From: Circinaria calcarea
Lineage: Eukaryota
DNA length: 38,638 nucleotides
Reading direction: 5' to 3'
Assembly (NCBI GenBank): GCA_051942165.1
Contig: JAVECS010000029.1
Location: 1-38,638, forward strand
The notes beneath the pieces were generated by a model that saw nothing but the letters and a program-made list of their open reading frames with translations, was not told the DNA's origin and searched no databases. Made by a program: the position numbers and the translations under genes. Below are positions 12,606 to 24,692 of the stretch, in pieces (position 1 is the stretch's first letter; each line of letters starts with the position of its first letter).

Positions 12606-14102
12606 TTACCTCCCTTTCCTCTTCTCCTTCCGCGAATCTCTCTCTTTGGCGCCCCCACCATCCCAAGCGTAAATCCCTCCTCCCCCAAATACAAGTGCCG
12701 CTCCGACCATTACCCCAAGCGGAAGGTGGTTTCCAAATAACCAGATGCTCGCAAACAAACTGATGAGTTTTCGTAAATTAAGCACGATGCTTACTCCCAA
12801 AGCCGAGGTACGCGCGCCAAGGAGGTTAACACCACGTATACACGCATATTGGGTCACGGCGTTGAGGGCAAGGTGTACTAGGTGGATGGGTACTTGTAGG
12901 TACATAGGCGAGCTCGACTTGGTAGGAAGTAGGAAAGAGGGTGCCAATGTTTCGAGCCATGAGTGAGGCTTTTCGGATGACGCAAATTTGGGCAAGAAGT
13001 CTAGACTGAGAGCCTGAGACGTAAGCAGACGAGATGACTGTTGGCGAAGAGACGGAAGAAAAGGTAAGAAGAGGGGCAGAGAGAGGAAGTGGCTGTAAAA
13101 GAGATTCTCGTGCCAGTGTGGGCCATATGTGGCGTAGGTGTTTTGGGTGTAGAGACCCATGATAGCGGAAAGGATTTGGGCAAGGAAGAGAATCGAGAGC
13201 CCAGTCAGAAAGGAGGCTGTTGACGTTCCCGTCGAGGCCGTCGAGGCTTTGCCCTATTTTGGGGTACAGCAGTGTCAGCTACTGAGAAGTACCGAGCAGA
13301 TCCAAATTCTCAATGTTAGTTACCTTGGATTGGGCGTCTGACATTGCCGCAACTATGACCCCGACGGTGAGCATAGCAACGCTGAAGACTTGGATCTTAT
13401 TGTAGCGCTTTCCCCAAACCCATCCAACAATCATCGTCGTGGCACTACCTCCGCTCCGAAGGATGATATGCACGGGAACGGATATATTGTAACCAAAGGC
13501 GAAGTTATTGAGCAGGTTTACAACGAAGAAGATAAGGATGTTCGGAAGCCATCGTAGTACCGGCACTGCAGGGGACCTCAGGAAGAAAGGCGGCTTTGAC
13601 CAGGAGAAGTGTGTAGGCCAGGTGAAAAGTGCAGTGACAGCGAATTGAATAAAAGTGATGAGAAACCCTGATGAGGATGAGCAATGGTTTCGAATTAGCA
13701 CTATGTGGGCAATACCACTCTCCGGTTCTTCCCTGGCAGTCTGCTATTAGTGCATGTGAGGAAGCATGAGCGTGCTTCAAAAACTCACTTCACTATGGCT
13801 TCCAGTGTAAAAACCTATAGACATAGTTAGGCAGTAATCCACCAACGGTGCTCCTTTGTTGGACGAACGTTTGAGCAGCAGCCCCCGAAGATCAGTCCCA
13901 TGGTCATGCCCCAAGACACCATAGCCGGCAGAACCGACTGGACCATGATACCGGCCATGGCGATTGCTCTGGAGATTGTCGTTTGCGTATCGACGCCCGG
14001 TTTAGCGTGACTGAGCATGGGGGCGACGTTGATTTCTCTTGTTCCAGGAGGAATGCCGTTGCTAAGAGGCGCATTCCGCCGCCGGGCATAAAAGTCAGAC
14101 AT
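12606..14102 (-). CDS. YEA4: UAA-family nucleotide-sugar transporter (UDP-GlcNAc transporter Yea4-like); exons 14102-13869, 13814-13789, 13732-13716, 13667-13324, 13253-12606; start codon uncertain (upstream in-frame ATGs near 14150)
   Basis: LIFGGCCSN|VFTLEAIVK|EEPESG|FLITFIQF, LLNNFAFGYNISVPVHIILRSGG, HWHENLFYSHFLSLP, TQYACIRGVNLL, VLNLRKLISL; basic C-terminal tail. Confidence 0.88.
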
Positions 14103-14902
14103 TTCATGAGAAGCTACCAACGGCACGTTAGATTTGCAACGTCCTTTCATCATGATTAAATCTGGAAGGTACGATGTATGCATTGTGTGTCGGAAGGCAA
14201 ATGGTCATTGAACGCATAAAAGTCAAGGCGGATGAAAAGAGTGGGTAATTTTACATTGTTAACACTCACATTGCTGAATAAAATGTCTATCAATGGGAGA
14301 CCCAGGATACGCCGGTACGTGTGCTGCGTGACAAACAGAACCGCTATATATTGGCCGAGGGGGGAAAGCCTTGTTAGCTTAAGAATACAAACATTCTAGA
14401 TGTGATGCTTCAGGAAAATAGGGGCCAGGTACTTTCGAGGGTTTGTACTGCGCTGCGGCGTGCCAAGCCTCTAGTGCATTCACTGGGGTCGCTGAGGACG
14501 CGCTTTAATCCGGAGGTAGGTTCCCAGTAGCATACCCTCGAAAACACTGCGGCATGTCACATCTATTCATTGTCTGCGCGGTCTAACTATACTAAGCCTG
14601 GAATCTTAAGATACCATGCATGCCTTATTACACCTTCCCAAGGGCTTCCATAAAGCAACTGAGAGGGGCCCGACCACGTTCCGCCTCTAATGATGGCCTA
14701 TTCATAACTTCCCGTCAGCCTTTTTCAGTCCTCCTACCGGCGAGACTGGTCATCAATCCTCAATCATGGGACTGCTCGTGCCTGTCGTGTCGTACTTCAG
14801 CGGATCATCAGAAAAGGGGGGGCTCGGCGGCAGCCAAGCAAGGGATAGGAGGAGGATCACCAAGAGCTTGGAACGCCGAGCCAACGATATGGAAGCAAAT
14901 GC

Positions 14903-16781
14903 TTACAAGGCCGAGAAAACAAAGAGCTGCCGTCGCTGTCAGCATCGACGCTTTAGGAGGTAGTTCCAGAGTACTCACATTGTTGGTGGCAGCGATAGCA
15001 ATACTGTCCTCGAATGGATGCCAACTCATATGCAGGATCTTCTTGTTGAAATCTATTTGGTCCGCGTCTGTCTCTTTCCTCATCCTCCCGCCCTGACCGC
15101 CGGCGCCTGCGGCTGGACTACCTGCTCTTGAGTTTCCTTTCTTATTGCCAGGTCCGTTCGTTGGACTGGTAGAGTTAATGGGAGTGGGCACTCCAACCTT
15201 TTTGGCTTTAAAGGCAGATTTGTCGGCTTGTAGAACGACTTCCATTTCCCGATCTGGGTCCGAAGGGTAGATCATGAAGTTATTGTTGTAGCTTCCAGTC
15301 ATAACGTTTTTCGCGTCACCAGAGAATACCACCTCAAACTTGTCGAAGATACTATCATTTTCATAAGTATCACAGAGTCTGGGTCGAAGATGTTCATGAA
15401 TAGGTATAGTCTTCACAGGCGTTCTCTCCATGTTCACGTCCCAAATTTTGACGGTCAAATAGTCCCGGGACAAAATATATCGACCATCATGAGAGAAGCG
15501 TACATCCGATATGGAAGATATTATCTCCGAGAAGAATGACCGAGAAGACGGGTCTTCTTCTTGTTCAAATTCTGTGAAAATGGATTAGTGGGAACTCTGC
15601 TTAGCGTTACTCTTGTACCTTACGTTTTGCATGTTGATCACAAAGCGCACTCTCCCTCATGTCGGCAAGTTTGATGGTGCCCTTGGAACTGGCATACATG
15701 AACCAATTACAGCTCTGTGGATGGAATTCCGCGGCCGTAATGACCTCCGTGAGCTCTTCCATGTTTGCAGGCTTGATGTCGACTATGTTGAAACTCTGAT
15801 CCTGAATGTTGAGATTCCATAGGTTGATCCGTAAGTCATCACTGCTGATGAAAGTCTCCCCGTCACTGTTGACGGATATGCTGTTGATATGATAAGCATG
15901 CGCGTTTGCATAAGTACGCCGAGGTACCGCCGCGACAACAGTGTCATGATGTGTAAGTCGGGGAAGCTTGAGGAATGAGGCGTCTCGGAATGAAGCATTT
16001 GGATTGAGCCTCGGAGGGCCGCCCCCGCCCCCTAGGGCACCAGCTGGAGTGAGGTCATGCGACAGATTGTTTTCTGCCACGACCTTTAGAGACTTCTCAA
16101 AGACCTTCCAAAGCTTGATCGTCTTATCGTTTGTAGATAGTAGATAATGTGATGCGTTCTGCCTCCGACACCACTTGATCTTGTTGATTTTCTCCTCAAT
16201 CTCTAATGACTTTAGATAGTCGAACTCGGGTTCGTGTGACTGAAACTCGGTATGAAACTTGTATTCGCATGTCTTCTTCTGTTGAACCTTAGCTCCGCTC
16301 TACGAGATCCTCGTAACACCAAAGGCTCCATGGTTTGTCGCCCAGAGACGTCAAGCGACTCACGGTTTCGTTTCTCTCAAACAGTACTACTCTGCCACCC
16401 TTGTCCCCTGTTGCCAGGTAATTTCCAGTGTGGTCGAATTCAACCGTCGAGATAATATCAGCTGTCCCACAAACACGCTGTTAGGGCAAGTTGTTCCCCA
16501 CCAGCATTCGAATCGGTAGGGACGCTGACGAACCTTCCGTGATATCCTCCACATCACCCTTATCGCCAAAGCATCTAGAAGAACGATTCAGCCAGTAGCC
16601 AGGTGGAAATAGTACCTTTGTGGTATAGCCAAGCTGGCAACAGTCGACGTGTTGCGTGAAACCCTTTCGAGCAAAAGATTGATACACTCTCACGAGGTAG
16701 CGTTGTACACACTCCAAGCCAATAAGTATGAACTTACTGTGTAAATTTCCATGTTGGAGAGTTGGATTCCCCGTCCACCAT
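14903..16781 (-). CDS. CDC55: Protein phosphatase 2A regulatory subunit B55 (Cdc55/Pab1); exons 16781-16738, 16574-16534, 16461-16364, 16278-15624, 15571-14979, 14926-14903
   Basis: [115 protein letters not shown]. Confidence 0.96.
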
Positions 16782-17761
16782 CTTCAGACCCGCCTCCTGA
16801 CCGCTAGCTTCGCACGATGGGCGCGTCGCAGGTCAACGGTTCCGTCAAAGAGTCGGGAAAGTTTGGTAAGGTTGCCAGTAGGTTAGGATATTTGTAGGTA
16901 TGCGCGTTGGGGAGTTGCCCTCTGAACGACGGAGGAAGGCTGCGGAGGTACGTAGATGTGTGGCAATGATACCCCGAAGGTCGCACCAGAACTTTTTTAC
17001 TGATGTGATGAACCACAAGAGTAATTAGCAGAAGAACACTCTCGAATACAGGTCGTGCCCAGACTTCCACCTGACACAAAGTAAGGTGTTTGGAGCTGAT
17101 TGATATACCTACGGGTACGGAGTATCGCTGCACTTCTTTAGGCGGGTGTTTGCGAGCTAACCGGATCTCGATGCCTGCGCCAAAGTCGTCTGTCTGTATT
17201 GGGAGATCTGCTGGATGCTGATTGGATGAAGTCCAAACGCTTATGGAGGTACACGGCGATGACTGTTTGTTAGACTACCCTGCCTTACGATGTGCTACGT
17301 AGTATTGGTACCAAAGTACAGCAACACATTCTAAAGACTATTAGTTGCCCCAAGAATTACGCCATGCAAACGTACGATTTTCTGACTGGACGGATAGCCA
17401 AAGCTGACTAAGGGATACACACAACTGGCGGAGGTGGAGGGGAGTACTGATACCTCTTTCCCGAGGTCTCGACTTTTCTATCTTGTCTACATCCAGGCGG
17501 AGGATTGAGCTGACCACGGCATATAACAAAAATTCTGAGGTTGAGTGCGGATGCACGCACTCAAAGTTACTCTTGACCAGACATAACTCTTTTGTATTCA
17601 TTTCTTAGTCTGAGGGAGATCAGCGGTCGCCCTCAAAGGTCTTGTAACCACGGTCGTCGTGCTTCCTCACCAGAAGTTACCTGCTGACCTTGTCGACTCT
17701 CTTGAGTTAGAATCTGCCAGTTTCCGTGCTTTCTGGCCCCGTAGCGCCCTCATCAGGCGTC

Positions 17762-19111
17762 ATGCTTCCAGGTGCCTCAGGCCACTCAAGGGCTGCAACC
17801 GAACGGCAGCTCGACAGTTCCCAGGGCCAACCCGACCGGTCGCTGGTAAACCGCGTGGGCTCTTCGGCTGTTGGGCTCTTGCGGAATACCGTGTGGCAAC
17901 CGGCTGCCAGCCAAATGGTATCAGCTCTGGCATCTTCCTCGTCTGCCCAAGGCAAAGGAGGATCATCTTCCGATCACTCTGACCTCACCTACGAAGGAAT
18001 ATCTCATGGAAGTACACCACAGTTCCAGACTTGTGACAAGAGAGATCAAGCTGTTCCCAACCCCGAGTCATTTCGAACTCCACAGCACAACAGGGTAGAG
18101 AGCGCACCATGCACTCAACAAGAATTTTATGCCTTCAATACTAGCAGACGCGTAAGTCTCATCCCTGGATCATCACCTGCACAGGAACCAGACGAAAATG
18201 TCCGATCCAAAGGCATTCAGCGCTCATCAACAATGGAATCAAAAACTACAGCTCAAGGCATTCAAAGTCCTATGCAAGCTGGTACGGACCGGCCCTACGG
18301 TTCTCAATTATATCTCGATCGGCTTCCCACATACGGAGAGCCAGTTGAATCATGTCTTCAGAACTACAATAAGCCAGCATCGAACTGCAATGTCACAAAT
18401 CGTACCTTTCAAAATCATGGTCTCCAATTGATGCTTCTAGAACAGCAAGACGAAAAACGAGTCTCTCAGTCTTGGCAGATGAATAATGGAGCAGTCCATG
18501 GCGCAAGTAATAGCTGGACATCATCAGACACAGACGGACAATTGGTGGTGGATCTACTCTCCGGCGTGAACATAGATTTAGAAGAGATTGCTTCTGATAT
18601 GAGTGCGACACAAAATTCACGTAATCTGGAATCTCTCTTTGAGACACCAACAGATACTGAGAGCTTAGTGGAGTATACCACAGCAGAGCCGCCATTGCCT
18701 AGGGTCCAAAGAACGTCCTCTAGTTTGAATCCATCGAGCTTGATACCTAACTTCCAACTTCTCAAATCACATGGAACTGGGAGGTCAAGAATCCCGGCAG
18801 CAACGCTCAAAGGAAAAGAAAGCTTGCTTTCAGTGTATGCAGCTCAGGCATTGAACGGGGACATTGAACCCTGGCATGATATTCTGTCGAGATATCACGA
18901 TGAGGTTTGGGGTGATATATTGCCGCTCGTGCGAAAGGCGAGAAAGGAAATGAAGGATGCCTATGAAGGGGGGGGACCTCTTTCAAATGGAGCTTTTGCG
19001 GTGAGGAGGCTTGCTATGGTCCTTAAGCATCTCGAAGATCCCCAAAGGCTAGAGCCCACTTCGGGCCCGGTGGTGTTGAATAGCAGTAGTGTGGGAATGG
19101 GTCGTCGATGA
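17762..19111 (+). CDS. Hypothetical fungal protein, mostly low-complexity, with a structured-looking C-terminal segment
   Basis: Uninterrupted ORF of ~450 codons; first ATG at 17762. N-terminal SLVNRVGSSAVGLLRN and C-terminal PWHDILSRYHDEVWGDILPLVRKARKEM..AVRRLAMVLKHL resemble uncharacterised Pezizomycotina proteins (recognised from memory, not searched). Confidence 0.7.
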   Translation: MLPGASGHSRAATERQLDSSQGQPDRSLVNRVGSSAVGLLRNTVWQPAASQMVSALASSSSAQGKGGSSSDHSDLTYEGISHGSTPQFQTCDKRDQAVPNPESFRTPQHNRVESAPCTQQEFYAFNTSRRVSLIPGSSPAQEPDENVRSKGIQRSSTMESKTTAQGIQSPMQAGTDRPYGSQLYLDRLPTYGEPVESCLQNYNKPASNCNVTNRTFQNHGLQLMLLEQQDEKRVSQSWQMNNGAVHGASNSWTSSDTDGQLVVDLLSGVNIDLEEIASDMSATQNSRNLESLFETPTDTESLVEYTTAEPPLPRVQRTSSSLNPSSLIPNFQLLKSHGTGRSRIPAATLKGKESLLSVYAAQALNGDIEPWHDILSRYHDEVWGDILPLVRKARKEMKDAYEGGGPLSNGAFAVRRLAMVLKHLEDPQRLEPTSGPVVLNSSSVGMGRR

Positions 19112-20730
19112 CTTTTTCCAGAGCCAAGAAGGTATGCCTGGAGTATCACATTTGGACAAAAAACCGCCAAAGCAGCTAACAAATGTTCTGGGAACCATGC
19201 AGCAAATCGAACTTACCCCGGAGCTAATGAGCACATCCATAGAGAATTGCAAGGGCGTCAGGTCAACAAAGGCTCCTCCTAGGCAGCAACACAAGAACGG
19301 TAAGTACAGGTAGTGAACATTTTCTGGGTTTTCAATCATATATTCTCTGTTACTGGATCTTAGCCGTCCCAACGCGAACATGCATTTTCTTGAATACCTA
19401 AATAGTACAAAGTTGGTTGCAGGAACAATAAGATAAGGCATATGCGGTCGCCACAAGTCAATCAAAGAAACAACCTTATATATCAAGCGAAGACACATTA
19501 TTGATAAAACATATATAGATCACAATTATCGCTACCACATGTTCGTCGGTTCAGCGAAACAACGTCATATTTGACCATGAATTTTAGTGGCGAAACCCTG
19601 AAGGCAATACTTCGCCGATAAAGATGTGGCAAGTGCAAGGAAACCTGAGAATAGCACGATCTACATGGAAGGCTCGTGAGGATACTGTTGTTCATGTTCC
19701 TACCTTAACCTAGAGGTACCCGGATGTGGTAAGAAGCCTATATGCAAAATGACAAAACTGCTACAGCAGGACTATGTTGGCAATATTTAATGGGTAAAAT
19801 GGGTGTCCCAGAACCAGCCGTTACTTTACAGGAGGGTGGACGAGCTATGGCCCCATGCCTATGAAGAAGGAATGTTAACCCAAAGGTGCAAGACTGACTA
19901 TGAGACCTGTCTCGCTAAACGTGGCCCATTAAGGGCAAGGAAATCACGGTGGTAAATCCGCGAACCTTACCTTCATCGCTTCGAGTGAGAGGGGACGATG
20001 CCGGTATTAACAGTATAATCACAGCTGAGTAACGGATGAGTCTAGAGGTGAGACTTGTTGTATTTACGACGTGTTTTCAGAGTGCTTCTTAGCATTCATG
20101 ACCTGTGCGTTTATCCTAGAGTCTTTTCTAGAGTACTGCAACGATCTCAATTGCAATAGATGTAAGGTCCGGAGACTCGAACATAAAGCTCTGCACTCCT
20201 ATAACGCGCCATATAATATATGGCTTGTGGTGTTTCAAAGCCGGCGAGGATGCAGGGACGGCGTCCGGTGAGAAGACTTCACTTGGTCTTTGATGGTCCT
20301 TCGTCTGTTGGACAAACATCGTCGGTGGTTGATCTATCGAATACTTTCCAAACGACATGTATGGAGATAGCCTGGGAGATTTAGGAAGCATAGATGAGTT
20401 ATTATATTGCTTGAGGCGAAGTCGGTACCATGTCGAATGGAGACCTACTTCGACCGTAACTCTACACGGCTCTGTCATTGAGCTTCTCCTTTTACTTTTC
20501 ACTCCTGTCTGCGAGGAAAAAAAAACATCACTCCGGTCACGCCTAGATGGTTTTCACCACCCGCTTCCGGAGCTGATCATACAAGTCGTGAACCACAAAG
20601 TACAGTTGGCAAATGGTTATCTGACAAAGAGTATCATGGCATGCTGATTCGATATGCTGGTGGTAGCTTGGACAGAATTGAGGGGACTGCCATCACCTAC
20701 TTTCATAAGATATCGTGAACAAAACACAGC

Positions 20731-21820
20731 TCATTCATTAACCTGCCGTTCTTTCAACAGTCCTAAAGCCTTTTCATAGGTCCACATTGTGACTGCACTT
20801 GCTGGCGCGGCCTTGACTAGTCCTACCCCGAGACCCTTATACAATCCTCTCCAGCCTTCCCGACCCACTATTTCCCTCGCTGTTCTCCATATGCCACTTC
20901 CATACAACGGCACCATCCCACCGGCAAATCTTTCTCTCGTCGGCCCCTGGACTTGCAACCTCTTCCTGATTAGATCCAAAGGGAAAACTCCCGTCTTTGC
21001 CGAAACACTCGCCAGAATTCCCGCTACTGCGTCGCCTGATCCCAAAGGTAGGGACAACTCCTTGAGGGGTGGGCGGAGCGTCTCATATGTACTGAAGAAG
21101 AGACCCATGTATGGGACAATCTGCCCAACACCCGCTCCTAAACCTTGGAAAAAGCCAGGGACACCCTCCGAACGTGCTATGTCGCGTACACTTCCAAGCA
21201 GACTGTTATATACTCTGTCTAGTCCTTGAGCGGCGAAGCGCGTGCGGAGGAGATCAAGGGGGTACGTCAAGGTTGTTGCAGCTGCACCTGCTGTGGCACC
21301 AGAGACAAAGTTCTCCAATTGAGATGGAAGAGAGAGGGGATGCAGGACTTGAGAGATGAGGCGGTAGGTCGAGAACTGGAGGGCGCCGTAGGTTATATAC
21401 AGGAGTTCGGCCGGGACATTGCCCTTCCAGAAACCCTGACTGGAATTAGCAGAGTCTAGCCACCGTGGTATACAGCGTTGCCGCATACGTACTCGAAAAC
21501 CTTCATCCCGGAGGATGGCTTTGAAGGTAGGAAGTGCTCCGTTTGGATGTGAGGCGACAAGATTTGAGGTTGCGTGGGTTTGGAGTTGAAGGCGAATCTT
21601 GATCACATCCAGTGGGGCTATGCAGAACCTTCAGGGCGATCAGTTCTCGAAACACAATTCCAAGGGATACGCCTCAACCTGGATACCAGGCCTGCAATGG
21701 CTCCAGCTACCACGACTTGCTGTCTCGAACCCTGCACCGAGACATCAGTCGGTTGCATGCACGAGTAGCAACGAGTGTCAGAAGCACCTCATCTTCCAGG
21801 TGCTTCCCGCCTCCAGACAT
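20731..21820 (-). CDS. TPC1: Mitochondrial thiamine pyrophosphate carrier (SLC25A19/Tpc1 type); exons 21820-21788, 21731-21679, 21628-21493, 21435-20731
   Basis: Three mitochondrial-carrier signatures: [49 protein letters not shown] and [16 protein letters not shown] are typical of fungal Tpc1. Confidence 0.9.
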
Positions 21821-22059
21821 TCATTGGCATCCGTGACCTCGGACGATTGCCTATGACTGCTGGTAGAGTACGGAGTAGGGAGTTACGGGAGTCCCTCTCA
21901 TCAAATTCGTCGTCATCCAGATCGGACCGGCGAATTGAAAGCTCGGTGAAATTTAACGCTTGGACCATACCCCGGACTCTCGGGCTCGTCCGGCCGCTCA
22001 TTGGCTACGTCTGGCAGTCCTTTCTGTTGGATCAGGTCCACCGACCGAGTACCCAAACA

Positions 22060-23469
22060 ATGTCTGTGGCAAGAGACTCGCGGAGATTGCGATGGTCGAG
22101 GCTATCTCGCGTCCTCTCGACCGGATCCCCTCGCACACCCTTCAACCGCATCCGAGCCAAGCATCTGTCTTCTTCTGCTGGCATACTTCGCCGCCAAGGT
22201 CACCAGCAGGAGCCGATACTCCAAGATGGAGAGACAAACGCTAATCCAGCAATCTCTCGCAAGTCTGTGCTCATTCCGCTTGGTTCGGGGAAGATACTGC
22301 TGGATCCAATCTTCCTACGAGATGCCTGCTCATGCCCCCGTTGCGTAGATCCGTCAACGCGCCAGAGGCTGTTCGAAACAGCGGACATTCCCCTCACCAT
22401 TGCTGTCAATAGGTTGCGTACACTTCCGGATGGAACCGCCATTTTAGAATGGACCGACGACGTCCCTGGCTTCGATGATCATACCACAATGCTTCCCTTT
22501 GAATTCTTGGCCAATCAAAGACATTTGCACGAGCGGCTGAAAATATCTCATAGCTTATCTAAGCACATACATTGGGATCGAGAGAAAATGGTCGAGAATA
22601 ATTACATCATCGAGTATGAAGACTATCTCGGCTCAGATCGTACTTTGCATTGTGCCTTGAAGCAGCTTGATAGCTTCGGGATGGTGTACCTTTCCAACGT
22701 CTCCAACGACCCCAAGGCGATCGAATTAATAGCCAATAGGATTGGGCCTCTCCGAAATTCACTATATGGCTCTACTTGGGACGTGAGATCAGTAGCTTCT
22801 GCAAAGAACGTGGCATACACTTCGCAACATCTCGCTTTCCACATGGATCTGTTATACATGGCTGATCCTCCGGGCTTACAGATTCTTCATTGCATGAAGT
22901 CTAGTACGCAGGGAGGCGAGAGCTTGTTTGCTGATGCTTTTAGAGCAATGAATCTGCTGGAAGAGCGTCACCAAGACCTTGCTAGGAATTTTGCGACATA
23001 TTCGGTGACATACAGATACAAAAACGATGGGAGCTGGTACCAACAGACCCGCAACACTGTCGAGCGCGGACTCACCTCCCATCCACCCCATAAGATCTCT
23101 ACGAAAAACGCCGAGTACGCCACTAGGACATATGCGGCGGTTAATTGGAGTCCGCCATTCCAGGCACCGTTTGAGCAAGATATAGGTAGCGCACGCTGCG
23201 GAGACTCCAACGAGTCAAGACTGCGGAGCTATGTCAAAGGCGCAAAGGTTTTCAAGGAGTTGATTGAGGCCGACGATGCCATATTCGAGACTAAGATGCA
23301 CCGAGGGACCTGTGTTATTTTCAACAACCGCCGAGTTCTGCATGCGAGAAGGTCCTTCAGCAGCGAACACGGAGAGCGGTGGCTCAGAGGAGCCTATGTC
23401 GACACGGACGCCTTTCGGAGTCGCATCAGGATCTTGAACAATGAATTTGGTGCTGAAGACGTAATTTGA
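22060..23469 (+). CDS. Gamma-butyrobetaine/trimethyllysine dioxygenase-like Fe(II)/2-oxoglutarate enzyme (TauD superfamily), probably mitochondrial
   Basis: N-terminal Zn site FLRDACSCPRCVDPSTRQR, HxD motif FHMDLLY, PGLQILHC, GGESLFAD, FNNRRVLHARRSF, RWLRGAY. Arg/Ser-rich presequence after ATG 22060 (context ACAATG). Confidence 0.88.
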   Translation: MSVARDSRRLRWSRLSRVLSTGSPRTPFNRIRAKHLSSSAGILRRQGHQQEPILQDGETNANPAISRKSVLIPLGSGKILLDPIFLRDACSCPRCVDPSTRQRLFETADIPLTIAVNRLRTLPDGTAILEWTDDVPGFDDHTTMLPFEFLANQRHLHERLKISHSLSKHIHWDREKMVENNYIIEYEDYLGSDRTLHCALKQLDSFGMVYLSNVSNDPKAIELIANRIGPLRNSLYGSTWDVRSVASAKNVAYTSQHLAFHMDLLYMADPPGLQILHCMKSSTQGGESLFADAFRAMNLLEERHQDLARNFATYSVTYRYKNDGSWYQQTRNTVERGLTSHPPHKISTKNAEYATRTYAAVNWSPPFQAPFEQDIGSARCGDSNESRLRSYVKGAKVFKELIEADDAIFETKMHRGTCVIFNNRRVLHARRSFSSEHGERWLRGAYVDTDAFRSRIRILNNEFGAEDVI

Positions 23470-23715
23470 TACTTTTATGTTCTTGGGAGTACGATGTTAA
23501 CCTCACCGTTCTTGAGGACTTAGGGTTAATGTATTGGTTTGCGCCTAGGTTGACCGGCTCCGGTCGCTGGCGCCGGTGACTGTTCGGTCATAATGGAACC
23601 TCTCCGGTAAAAGAGCAGTGTAATGAGTACGTTGGGGGGAAACCTGCTCCTTGAAGAGGAACGCGATTGCGGGGCCGCCGGTAGTGAAAGAGGCGCATTG
23701 CGGGGCAATTGGACA

Positions 23716-24042
23716 TCATTTATACGAGACATTGTGTGCTGAGATTACCGCACAGGCAGCTGCTGTTGGGGACTGTAGCGCCTCCTTATGCGACGGAAGT
23801 GATCCGGCAAGGCCACTTAGCCTAGGGGATAGATAAACCTCCTTGCCAAGAGAGGCCGGGTTTGCATATGTTTTACGGGCTCTGAGATAACCGTGTCGAT
23901 TATAGGAGACCATACTCTCTTGACAAGAGAGGGAAGTAGAGCTTGATAGAGTTGAGGCTGTATCTGCGTGCAACTCTAAACTGGGGCCCTGGGGTGGAAA
24001 GGAGACATTCCTTTTGGGTGCTCGAAGATCAGTGAAGGCCAT
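23716..24042 (-). CDS. Possible small orphan protein (108 aa) or gene relic
   Basis: ATG-initiated ORF preceded by a CT-rich leader, in an otherwise empty 1.2-kb gap; no recognisable domain. Confidence 0.25.
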   Translation of the reverse strand: MAFTDLRAPKRNVSFPPQGPSLELHADTASTLSSSTSLSCQESMVSYNRHGYLRARKTYANPASLGKEVYLSPRLSGLAGSLPSHKEALQSPTAAACAVISAHNVSYK

Positions 24043-24692
24043 GGGATCAAAAGATGAGAGAAGAACAGGGTCGAAGGCTAGAAACGAGGGTTTAACCCGT
24101 CATGCTGGAATAAGACTTATGCTTGGCGTCCTAATAATCATTGAGGGAGGAAGAGACGGTAATGATCGATATAAAAGGGGAAGGTAGTACAGAAGCTGTG
24201 TATACCTAGCTACAGGCATAGTGTTGTATAAGCAAGTCGAGTCATGCCGTGGCAAATTGGTCTAGGTCACGTTCCCGGAGGTGCACTTCTGGCTGCCTCG
24301 TTCCTGCAACTCTTTGAAGGTGTCGCCTCTTAAGACCGATGAGAGTGGTTTCGCCACTACGACCCGTTCAAAGCGGTGCAGAAGCTAGTTTGAACGGAGA
24401 GGTCACCAGGAAAGGGTGGCAGACTCACATCTCTCCGTCATCTGTTTGATTGGACCTGGGCCCCAAATTATGCATGGAATGTTGATCGAGGATGAAGTTC
24501 AATACAAATCTTTCTCGGCCGAGTATTCGGCTTGCATCGGGAGACACGGACGTGTGCATGTCCAGTACACTTCTTACCTTTGGATATCAAATTAGTACAA
24601 GTTGCTCTTTGAATGGCAGGAATGCTGTCGATAAGTCATCAATCGATACAGATGCTTTTTGATAAATACAAATCGACTGTGACAACATCCTC

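Noticed and set aside
16616..16633. 18-nt cassette exon inside the 163-nt CDC55 intron 1
   Set aside because: The downstream intron would be 41 nt, there is no good upstream branch point, and it would interrupt the conserved WKFTQCFG motif.
21436..22059. TPP riboswitch in TPC1 introns or leader
   Set aside because: Introns are only 50-57 nt, and I found no CTGAGA / TGAT..GATAATACCAGCG-type aptamer core.
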